From a virus, in IMG/VR virus record IMGVR_UViG_3300027852_000002, positions 1-64,000 of that record: a DNA stretch of 64,000 nt; one strand, given 5' to 3'. Position numbers and translations under genes: made by a program. This document shows, one piece after another, positions 8,565 to 15,919 of this stretch. The notes beneath the pieces are model-generated. The model saw nothing but the letters and a program-made list of their open reading frames with translations, was not told the DNA's origin and did not search any database. Position 1 is the stretch's first letter; the number at the start of each line of letters is the position of its first letter.

Positions 8565-8785
8565 GATCACCTGACGAAATTAAAGATCGACTAGCTGAAC
8601 TGGAACTGGAGATCCTTCATGACGATGATGACGGCAGTTACCTGGACGAAGGTCAGCAAGCTGAGTCGATGGCTCTGGCCTGGGTTCTGGATCGTGACTA
8701 TGACTTCGAGGAGATCTTACAACGTGCCAAAGACAAAGAAGCAGAACAAGAGAAAGCAAACGATGAGATTTCCCAGCAGAACTGA
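8561..8785 (+). CDS. hypothetical highly acidic protein
   Basis: ATGA junction; 74 aa, rich in D and E (HDDDDGSYLDEGQQ...). Confidence 0.6.
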   Translation: MRSPDEIKDRLAELELEILHDDDDGSYLDEGQQAESMALAWVLDRDYDFEEILQRAKDKEAEQEKANDEISQQN

Positions 8786-8927
8786 AATCTTTCTAACGTG
8801 GCTGCAACGAGTCTGGTGTCGCCTCGCTCACCGTAAGTACCACTACGGGTATGATACCGATAGAGACACATACAGAATTGCCTGCATGCGATGTAGTCAC
8901 ATCGAATTCGGTCCCTATGATTATTAA
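8763..8927 (+). CDS. hypothetical small protein
   Basis: Internal ATG of track ORF 8619-8927. The longer version would lie out of frame across 8561-8785. Weak call. Confidence 0.35.
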   Translation: MRFPSRTEIFLTWLQRVWCRLAHRKYHYGYDTDRDTYRIACMRCSHIEFGPYDY

Positions 8928-8938
8928 AGGAGGAGAAG

Positions 8939-9319
8939 ATGACACCCCCAATGCTATATAACCCATACACTGGGAATCGAAGAAACGATAAAGACATCAT
9001 CTCAGATCCAGAAGGACTACTAATACATGTTCCAGAAACAACATTAGAATCGTGTTTATTAGCACCACCAGAATGGATGCCTAAACAAGGAGAATGGATA
9101 TTAACTAGTGATAATAGTAAGTACTGGAGAGTAGATAGACTCTTAAGAAAAACTAATTCTGAAAAATACCCTTGGGAATGTGAGTATAGTCTTCACCGAT
9201 ACGCTAAACCCTTCCCTCTTCAGGTAGAAAGAGACAGATTCCTTGTTTTAGCGACTAAACACTGCCCCCAAATGCATCATGACTGGACAGAAATAATAAA
9301 TATAATCCATAAAAAATAA
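8939..9319 (+). CDS. hypothetical protein
   Basis: Strong SD AAGGAGGAG upstream; 126 aa. Confidence 0.7.
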   Translation: MTPPMLYNPYTGNRRNDKDIISDPEGLLIHVPETTLESCLLAPPEWMPKQGEWILTSDNSKYWRVDRLLRKTNSEKYPWECEYSLHRYAKPFPLQVERDRFLVLATKHCPQMHHDWTEIINIIHKK

Positions 9320-9331
9320 GGAACTTGACCT

Positions 9332-10132
9332 ATGGACGAATTCCAGGATATGATCACGGCTCAAGATAGTGCTGATCAGGGAGTATCAGAAGTGAGCCAG
9401 ATTAAAGCCTGGAGCGCGAGTAGAATAGACACATATTCGTCGTGTCATCACCGCGCCAAACTAGCGTATATAGACAAAGTACCGGAATTACCAAGACCTG
9501 CTCCCCCTCGGGGTAAAGAGCATGCCAATGACCGTGGATCTCGTATCCATGATCAGGCTGAAGCATACGTCATCGGTAAGACTGACAAGATAATTCCAGA
9601 ATTGATGGATTTTGCGTACGACTTTCGATGTCTACGCGATTTATATAAAGCGAACCCAAAGAGCGTAGTTTGTGAACGTGGCTGGGCATTTAACGATGCT
9701 TGGCAACCTGTAGCCTACAACGATTATGAAAACATTTGGCTTCGAGTTATTTTAGACAGCATCGCTTTTGTAAATGATGCTGAAGCCATCGCCATTGATT
9801 ATAAATCTGGTAAGCGCTTCGGAAATGAAGTGAAGCATGCCAAACAGACACAACTATACCAATTGGCATGTTTTATGCGGTACCCATCACTGGAGAAAGT
9901 AACTACAGAGTTGTGGTACTTAGATCAAGATGAACTAGTAAGTATGGTCTATACCCGTAAACAAGGCATGCGATTCCTGCGAGGGTTCAATGAACGTGCC
10001 ATCGAAATGACAGAAGACACTGAATTTAAACCTAGACCCAGTGCATATAGCTGTCGTTTCTGTCCTTACGGACCAGAAGAAACGAGTAATAAATGGCTTA
10101 ATAAAACGGGAGATTGTCCCCACGGAGTTTAA
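9332..10132 (+). CDS. PD-(D/E)XK exonuclease, Cas4/RecB-like with Cys cluster
   Basis: D...IDYKSGK (D/E-x-K) and a QxxxY motif (QLYQLA). One N-terminal Cys plus C-terminal CRFC...C matches a Cas4-type Fe-S arrangement. Confidence 0.8.
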   Translation: MDEFQDMITAQDSADQGVSEVSQIKAWSASRIDTYSSCHHRAKLAYIDKVPELPRPAPPRGKEHANDRGSRIHDQAEAYVIGKTDKIIPELMDFAYDFRCLRDLYKANPKSVVCERGWAFNDAWQPVAYNDYENIWLRVILDSIAFVNDAEAIAIDYKSGKRFGNEVKHAKQTQLYQLACFMRYPSLEKVTTELWYLDQDELVSMVYTRKQGMRFLRGFNERAIEMTEDTEFKPRPSAYSCRFCPYGPEETSNKWLNKTGDCPHGV

Positions 10133-10134
10133 TA

Positions 10135-10281
10135 ATGAAATTTCTTGTACGTTTAATTTTTCTATACCGAGCAAATAAATGCTTTTCGAAAAAGTTAAGC
10201 GGTACAAAACTTCGTTGGGGGGACGTTGTATGTCTTAATTATGAGTTTCGCTTTGAAACTTTTTCTACTGAGGATGAGTAA
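10135..10281 (+). CDS. hypothetical small protein (48 aa, not in track)
   Basis: Hand translation MKFLVRLIFLYRANKCF...STEDE. It exactly fills the gap between neighbouring genes. Confidence 0.4.
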   Translation: MKFLVRLIFLYRANKCFSKKLSGTKLRWGDVVCLNYEFRFETFSTEDE

Positions 10282-10283
10282 CT

Positions 10284-10601
10284 ATGGATCGTTACATAGT
10301 CAGCAATACACAACCTGATTTAGTTATTGCTCAAATTGATGGTGATAATAAATTAATATTCTCTCCTATTATTGCTTGGGCTATATCTTTCGGAGAAAGG
10401 AATATACAAGGAGAAAGTCCTAATTCACCATGGCCTGTTACTCCTGCTTGCACTATAAGTGAGTACGAAATATTCGCTATCTATAATCTATGTACATCAG
10501 AATGGTGGCAAACAGAATTAGCATCAGGTAGGGGTTCTGAGGAACTTACTAAATTTTTACTACAAGCAGAACAACAAAAACGAGGAAAAGATAATGGCTG
10601 A
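10284..10601 (+). CDS. hypothetical protein
   Basis: 105-aa ORF in operon orientation. Confidence 0.6.
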   Translation: MDRYIVSNTQPDLVIAQIDGDNKLIFSPIIAWAISFGERNIQGESPNSPWPVTPACTISEYEIFAIYNLCTSEWWQTELASGRGSEELTKFLLQAEQQKRGKDNG

Positions 10602-10911
10602 AGTAAGACACCTACTACATCAAGTAGCTGTAGAATATGTTTGTGATGCCTGTGGTGAAGGAACCATGGTAGCTCAAGAAGACCAGATTATCGCTCCTTC
10701 TCGAAGCCCAGGCCACCTCCATAAATGTACAAACTGTGGCGAACAGCAAACCTTCACTGATGTACGTTATCCAGGTCAGTACTTTGTAAAAGGTCAAGCT
10801 CTGACGCCACCGGGTAAACAAGCTTCAACTGGACAAGCTGCAAATGATGTTATTGAAACGCCAACATCTATTAACCAAAAACCGAAACGGCGTCGTAAGA
10901 GACGGAAATAA
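10594..10911 (+). CDS. hypothetical zinc-ribbon protein with basic tail
   Basis: CDACGEG...CTNCGEQ; C-terminal KPKRRRKRRK; SD GAGGAA upstream. Confidence 0.6.
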   Translation: MAEVRHLLHQVAVEYVCDACGEGTMVAQEDQIIAPSRSPGHLHKCTNCGEQQTFTDVRYPGQYFVKGQALTPPGKQASTGQAANDVIETPTSINQKPKRRRKRRK

Positions 10912-11028
10912 ATACCTGTCCCTTGGTCTAAAGCTTCCTGGTTGTCCTAGACCAAGCAAATCTAAAAGAGAGAACCAGGACTGGATTAATTAAATTGTAT
11001 TATGAAAGTTAAGAGTGTATACACTCTT

Positions 11029-11929
11029 CCTTCCGGTGGTGGAAATTTACCTTTATAGGGAAAAACCGGAACTTTCACCACTCAATTGAACAAGAAGGCA
11101 GGGCCTACTTTCTTTAGAAGGTAGGGATTTAAGGCACCTAGCCCAGTGGGTGTTTGCCGGATAAACTGGGCGCTAATTTCCCCGCTTGAGGGCGATAATA
11201 CAGGGTAACCTGTAAAAAGGAGTGAAGCCTACGCAACTCCGCCCGTAAGGGTCATTTCAAGCAAGCCGAGTCGGAGGGGCATGCCCCTCGCTTCAGTTCC
11301 TGACTGGAGCTAGATTGTGAGCGATTAAGGCACTGTCGGGCGTAATAACCAAAAGCCTGATGCCGTGAGGTATCTGTGCAAGAAAGTAAACCTTTGACGA
11401 TTAAGGGTAGGATTCCTAAGTTCGAGTCGATAGGCGAGAGCATGGTTCCAGTATGACGCGGAGGGGCTGAAAAGTCTATTCCCGTGGAATATCGTTGAGT
11501 AGCCGATAGGTTAAAGACATTCGGTGTGTGGCATTTTCTGACCGCAAGGCTAGAAAACCACCAGAAGGCGCACATCGTGGTAGGTTTACGTTTAGCTCAG
11601 TTGGTAGAGCTTCGGCATATGGAGCCGACTGTCGCAAGTTCAATTCTTGCAACGTCTTGAAAAATGCAAAGACGCCTTCTGGTACTAGGTAAAAACAGCT
11701 TAATTCTAAACGTCCCACGGGATGAATTTAGATGACTCAATGTCGCAAGCGGAGAGTCATTAATATAGAGCCGCACTATCGCTGTTAGCTGCAGAGGTGG
11801 GTAGGCAAAGTATTGAGTAGCCTAGTAGTACGTATGAACCGCCACATACTCAAAAAGGCAGTTGTGTTGTTGTACTGGAGCGAGTTTCCAGTGGATAAGT
11901 TGGCAACTGAGCGGGTAGCACCGTGAAGG
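11029..11929 (+). ncRNA. candidate large structured RNA (GOLLD/ROOL-like or novel); boundaries provisional
   Basis: No same-strand ORF across 1.1 kb. Many hairpins including GNRA loops. Nested complementary pairs at 11029-11038/11919-11929, 11480-11487/11715-11722 and 11560-11570/11673-11683. Contains a tRNA-like module. Confidence 0.45.
11586..11658 (+). tRNA. tRNA-like gene; the hand fold gives anticodon AUG, so isotype and functionality are uncertain
   Basis: 73-nt cloverleaf. D arm is GCTC-AGTTGGTA-GAGC. Anticodon stem is TCGGC/GCCGA with loop ATATGGA. Variable loop is 5 nt. T arm is GCAAG-TTCAATT-CTTGC. The acceptor stem has only 5 bp, with 1:72 and 2:71 mismatched. Confidence 0.6.
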
Positions 11930-12011
11930 TAATCTGACAAAAGCAGCAGCGTTGTGAGTGTAGTCTCAACTCACTGAATTTAGCACTCTAATAACTAATA
12001 CGGAGAACTCT

Positions 12012-12380
12012 GTGAGAAAACATGCAGAAAAACCAAAAAGTGCTCTAGTTTTCCTTGATACCACTTGGTATAAGATCGGACTACGTAACATGGTGTTTGC
12101 TTGGGATGGAGAGAGATGGACACGTTCAACAAGGTTACGCTCTGCAGTTCTCTGGGGATTTGCTAAAGCCCTAGAAGAAACTATCCAAACAAAAACTGCT
12201 CAGCATAATGAAGCTGAGATGGAATTAACAAAAGTTATGAGAACTGCTGCACAACTTGAAAACGATCTGATAGATTTACACCAACAAACAAAGAAAGCTT
12301 TAAGAGATGCTAAAAAAGCTACCGAATTTGAAAATTCAACTGAATCTAAACCTAATCCTTCCCCCCACGACCTCGTTTAG
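12012..12380 (+). CDS. hypothetical protein (coiled-coil C-terminus)
   Basis: GTG start with GGAG 8 nt upstream; 122 aa. Confidence 0.6.
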   Translation: MRKHAEKPKSALVFLDTTWYKIGLRNMVFAWDGERWTRSTRLRSAVLWGFAKALEETIQTKTAQHNEAEMELTKVMRTAAQLENDLIDLHQQTKKALRDAKKATEFENSTESKPNPSPHDLV

Positions 12381-12391
12381 GAGCTGAAACA

Positions 12392-12748
12392 ATGCCGAAA
12401 ACTAAATGTATGGAGTCTAATCTTCCACCGATGTATCGTTTGGAAGTATTCCAGATTCCAAACCCCCTCACTACTATTGCTATGATCTTCGTCGAAGCTA
12501 AAGTAGAACACATGCCAGATACTCCGATTGGTGTCGGTCAATCTGTCTGTGGTCCGAAAGACAAGCCGAGCTTTCAGCAAGGTAGAGCAATTGCTGTAGG
12601 GCGTGCTATACGTGATTATAAAAACCGTGAAGCACGTGCACTGGAAGCAGCAATTCTTCAGGAAAATAAACGAGTCCGTAAAGAGCTTAAAGCCATGCGG
12701 AAGCAAAAAGTTGCTGAAATAATGGATTCTTTACCAGGAGCAAACTAA
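12392..12748 (+). CDS. hypothetical conserved-phage-type protein
   Basis: AGGAG upstream. The motif GVGQSVCGPKDKPSFQQGRAIAVGRAI resembles a widespread phage motif GxxxCxPxDxFxxxxGRxIAxxRA (from memory). Confidence 0.7.
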   Translation: MPKTKCMESNLPPMYRLEVFQIPNPLTTIAMIFVEAKVEHMPDTPIGVGQSVCGPKDKPSFQQGRAIAVGRAIRDYKNREARALEAAILQENKRVRKELKAMRKQKVAEIMDSLPGAN

Positions 12749-13053
12749 TGGATCGTAATTTCAGAGGTAATATCCACCATCGTAAAGCTATTCATAATGT
12801 ACTGCTGGCACAGGTTGCAATGGCTGTTGGAGATCCTAAACTTTTCTCCAGTGGTATGCACTACCAAGCCGTAGTACGTGACTTTCAGCATAACGCTATC
12901 CGTCGTGCTGAAAAAAGCTATGCTCGTCATACTGGCAGCACCAGTTGTTATACACCGCACCAAGGAGCTCAAGAATGTGCAAGACGAGTAAAACAGATGA
13001 AACACCATCAACAAAAACAGCAGAAGCTTTCCTCCTTGGCGCAGCTGATATAA
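12748..13053 (+). CDS. hypothetical protein
   Basis: TAATG junction upstream. The 3' end overlaps the better-supported 12975 start. Confidence 0.45.
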   Translation: MDRNFRGNIHHRKAIHNVLLAQVAMAVGDPKLFSSGMHYQAVVRDFQHNAIRRAEKSYARHTGSTSCYTPHQGAQECARRVKQMKHHQQKQQKLSSLAQLI

Positions 13054-13289
13054 TGAAGGAACGGGGAAAGCAGTATGATTCCCCTGAAGGCGAACGCAGT
13101 ATGGAAAAGACTATAATTGCGTTCAACATCATAACTGGTAATGGTCTTACTGAAGCTGATGGCTGGCTTCTTATGCAGATTCTTAAAGATGTACGCCAAT
13201 GCCAAAAAACAGGATATCATGCTGATAGTGCAGAAGACGGTGTAGCATATGCTGCTCTCAAAGCAGAAGCTCTAGCCAAAGGAAACTAA
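12975..13289 (+). CDS. hypothetical conserved phage protein (RGKQYD...H.DS..DG..Y motif)
   Basis: AAGGAG lies 7 nt upstream of ATG 12975. An alternative TAATG start exists at 13053. Confidence 0.6.
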   Translation: MCKTSKTDETPSTKTAEAFLLGAADIMKERGKQYDSPEGERSMEKTIIAFNIITGNGLTEADGWLLMQILKDVRQCQKTGYHADSAEDGVAYAALKAEALAKGN

Positions 13290-13290
13290 A

Positions 13291-13539
13291 ATGGATCTGG
13301 ATCTGGTTCTTAGCACTATACTTGTAGTATTTTTTGGGATTGCCATATTTCTATATGGAGGAGGAGCCCTTGTTATCCTTGTTAAACTTTTCCAGAAAAA
13401 AGTTACTTGCTGCAGGCTTGGTTTACATGATTGGCCTGATTGGCCTAATTGCGAAGCACTTTCTAATCAAAGCGTTATGATTAGAAAGTGCTCTAAGTGT
13501 GGTAAGAACCAATACCGTGATCGGAGACAACCCTCATGA
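13291..13539 (+). CDS. hypothetical membrane protein with C-terminal zinc ribbon
   Basis: N-terminal hydrophobic helix LVLSTILVVFFGIAIFLYGGGALVILV; CSKCGK. Confidence 0.6.
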   Translation: MDLDLVLSTILVVFFGIAIFLYGGGALVILVKLFQKKVTCCRLGLHDWPDWPNCEALSNQSVMIRKCSKCGKNQYRDRRQPS

Positions 13540-13733
13540 GTGATCAATCTTCTAAACTAACTGAACTGTTGGCAATAGCCACTACAGCACGAGAAGATTT
13601 CAGTCTTGACTATCAGAACGTAATCGTAACAATAGGGAAGGGTATGTTCTGGAGTAAAGAATTTGATGTAGCAGCTAGAGAACTTGCGAAAAAAATTGAA
13701 GATGAACTTAAAATGTATGATTCCATACTATGA
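13536..13733 (+). CDS. hypothetical protein, paralogue of 26627-26845
   Basis: ATGA junction. Shared segment TIGKGMFWSKEF..A.ELA.KIEDEL versus TIGMGIYWSEEL..A.VLA.TVQVEL. Confidence 0.6.
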   Translation: MSDQSSKLTELLAIATTAREDFSLDYQNVIVTIGKGMFWSKEFDVAARELAKKIEDELKMYDSIL

Positions 13734-14158
13734 TCGGTAAATACGTACAATGTTTTTCGAAATTTCCAGATGGTCCCGAGACCCCATTTGAAGCAAAGAT
13801 TATAGGAGAAAGCGGTGGGCACTGGTTGGTTAAAAGCGGTAAAAAAGAATACAAAGCGCACAAAGGATCGTGCTCAACAGTCCCATACGCCAAAGGCAAG
13901 AGCAATACCGATGCCTACCGTAAAGAAGTTGACAAGAAAACAGGCGGCTACGTCTCCGAAATTAAAAACAAAAACAAAAAGCCACCGAGGGGTACCCCCT
14001 CTGTACACCCACCAAAAAGAAACCGTAAAGTTTCTACTGACGCAAGCATGGACAATGGACGCAAGCGATCCGGGAACCGGAAAAACAAGAAGCCATCTCG
14101 AAGCGTGGGCAAGAAGAAGACGAGCGGGTGGGGGAAAGTTATTAGTAGTAGCTCCTAA
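13730..14158 (+). CDS. hypothetical protein; the first ~60 codons look genuine and the 3' part overlaps the helicase out of frame
   Basis: ATGA junction. The N-terminal MIGKYVQCFSKFPDGPETPFEAKIIGESGGHWLVKSGKKEYKAHKG looks like a small beta domain. The C-terminal half is low-complexity and basic. Confidence 0.4.
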   Translation: MIGKYVQCFSKFPDGPETPFEAKIIGESGGHWLVKSGKKEYKAHKGSCSTVPYAKGKSNTDAYRKEVDKKTGGYVSEIKNKNKKPPRGTPSVHPPKRNRKVSTDASMDNGRKRSGNRKNKKPSRSVGKKKTSGWGKVISSSS

Positions 14159-15341
14159 GTCTATTCTCCAGGTTGCCTGGGGAGATGATATTGATGAATT
14201 CCTCCCAAGCGAATTTACATATTCAATAGCCAACGCAGTTAACCGCGCTTCTGCTTTTGAAAATCCCGCTGATATTTATATCACTAATACGGATGCAGTT
14301 AAGTGGTTGGCTAAACATAAACCTAAATTCTTTAAAGCTTTTGATGAGATCGTGATAGATGAATCTACAGCGTTCAAACACCACTCCAGCCAACGCTCTA
14401 AAGCAGCCAACAATATAATCGAGCGCTTCTCTTATCGGCGTTGCCTTACTGGTACACCTAACTCACGCACTGTAACTGATCTATGGCACCAATACTTTCT
14501 ATTAGACCGTGGGGCACGACTCGGACGTTCTTTCTACCAATTCCGACAAGCATCCTGTGAAGCAGAACAAGTTGGTCCTAGTAGAGAGATGATAAAATGG
14601 GTAGATAAAAAGGGTATCGAAGAAACTGTAGGTGGAATTGTGAAGGATATAACTATCCGACACATCTTTGAGAATTGTACAGACATTCCTAAGAATCATT
14701 CTTATCCCAAATATTTCCAATTGAGTAAAGCCCATCGTAAAAAATATGCAGAACTGGAAGCTTTCTCTATCTTGCAACTGGAAAAAGAATCAGTTGTTGC
14801 AATCAACGCTGCTGTATTATCAGGCAAGCTATTACAGCTGGCGTCCGGGGCTGTCTATTCTGATGATGGCTACGCTGAGATTGCCAACGAACGATATGAA
14901 TTAATAATGGAACTGGTTCAAGAACGCCAACACAGTTTAGTGTTCTTCAACTGGGCTCACCAAAAAGCGGAGCTGGTTAAACTGGCTAAGAAGCTGGGAG
15001 TTACTTATGAAGTTATCGATGGTAAGGTTGTTTCTGACAAACGAAGAACAGAAATCGTTCGTGCGTTTCAGGCAGGATTTTACCAAGTATTGTTCCTGCA
15101 TCCGAAAAGTGCTGCCCATGGGCTTACTCTCACACGAGCAACCACAACCATCTGGGCATCACCAACATACGAACCAGACGTGATGCGCCAGGGGCTGGGC
15201 AGAATCTATCGCGCTGGTCAAACCAAGCGAACTGAAAACATCATGATCACAGCTCGTGACACCATCGAGCACCATGTGTATGGAGTCATGAACGACAAGA
15301 TGAAACGGATGAATAATCTACTCAATATATTGAAGAGGTAA
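13911..15341 (+). CDS. SNF2-family (SF2) helicase
   Basis: Motif I DPGTGKT, motif II IDEST, LTGTPNSR, motif VI QGLGRIYRAGQ. ATG 13911 was chosen. An alternative GTG at 13815 has AGGAGA 5 nt upstream. Confidence 0.8.
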   Translation: MPTVKKLTRKQAATSPKLKTKTKSHRGVPPLYTHQKETVKFLLTQAWTMDASDPGTGKTRSHLEAWARRRRAGGGKLLVVAPKSILQVAWGDDIDEFLPSEFTYSIANAVNRASAFENPADIYITNTDAVKWLAKHKPKFFKAFDEIVIDESTAFKHHSSQRSKAANNIIERFSYRRCLTGTPNSRTVTDLWHQYFLLDRGARLGRSFYQFRQASCEAEQVGPSREMIKWVDKKGIEETVGGIVKDITIRHIFENCTDIPKNHSYPKYFQLSKAHRKKYAELEAFSILQLEKESVVAINAAVLSGKLLQLASGAVYSDDGYAEIANERYELIMELVQERQHSLVFFNWAHQKAELVKLAKKLGVTYEVIDGKVVSDKRRTEIVRAFQAGFYQVLFLHPKSAAHGLTLTRATTTIWASPTYEPDVMRQGLGRIYRAGQTKRTENIMITARDTIEHHVYGVMNDKMKRMNNLLNILKR

Positions 15342-15381
15342 GTATGAATCTGAATCCACGTGCGCAGATACGGAAGAATCC

Positions 15382-15552
15382 ATGAGTATTCACTGTGATT
15401 TTAATCAGTGTATACATAACTGTGGTGTAGGAGTATGTGCGATTGAGCCTCCAACTCTTATTTTATACACAGATGGATATAATATGTTGTTCACATGTGC
15501 TGAAATGAATTTACAAGAAGAACAAAAACAAAAAGAACGGGAGAATCCATGA
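15382..15552 (+). CDS. hypothetical small Cys-rich protein (56 aa, not in track)
   Basis: Hand translation MSIHCDFNQCIHNCGVGVC.... The GAATCCATGAGT leader is repeated at the next gene. ATGA junction downstream. Confidence 0.45.
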   Translation: MSIHCDFNQCIHNCGVGVCAIEPPTLILYTDGYNMLFTCAEMNLQEEQKQKERENP

Positions 15553-15737
15553 GTCTTTATAACAGGCCACACAAGTTATTCATGATACGTTGTAATGGAG
15601 AGCCGGTAAAAGGGACTTTCTTTCAAAGTAAACAAGATGCTAGAGACCATCGGGATGAACTAAAAGAAGAACATCCATCCCGACAATATACTGTATCTCC
15701 AGGACCGGATCATAAACGCTACAGAGGTAAACAATGA
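15549..15737 (+). CDS. hypothetical protein
   Basis: 62-aa ORF with ATGA junctions on both sides. Confidence 0.55.
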   Translation: MSLYNRPHKLFMIRCNGEPVKGTFFQSKQDARDHRDELKEEHPSRQYTVSPGPDHKRYRGKQ

Positions 15738-15904
15738 AATGGATACAAAAATGGAAATGTTTTTTAGGGTTCCATAGTTGGAGAATTAGTTTTGTAACTG
15801 TACATAACAACACTCATTATGGACGTTGTGGGTATAGATGCCAATACTGCTTACAATGGCATAAAAGTTCAACAGCAGTATACAAAGATAATAACAAACT
15901 ATAA
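15734..15904 (+). CDS. hypothetical small Cys-rich protein (56 aa, not in track)
   Basis: Hand translation MKWIQKWKCFLGFHSW...GRCGYRCQYC...; ATGA junction. Confidence 0.45.
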   Translation: MKWIQKWKCFLGFHSWRISFVTVHNNTHYGRCGYRCQYCLQWHKSSTAVYKDNNKL

Positions 15905-15919
15905 AAAGGAGGGAGGCCC

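Noticed and set aside
8619-8927. Full-length track ORF of 102 aa
   Set aside because: Its 5' half overlaps the better acidic ORF 8561-8785 out of frame. Only the 3' part, from ATG 8763, is kept, at low confidence.
11252-11718. Track ORFs 11252-11575 (-) and 11476-11718 (-) inside the 1.1-kb desert
   Set aside because: They are antisense to every neighbouring gene and have no SD. One runs through the tRNA-like element, and their composition (many Ser, Cys, Arg) looks like translated structured RNA. I treat the region as non-coding.
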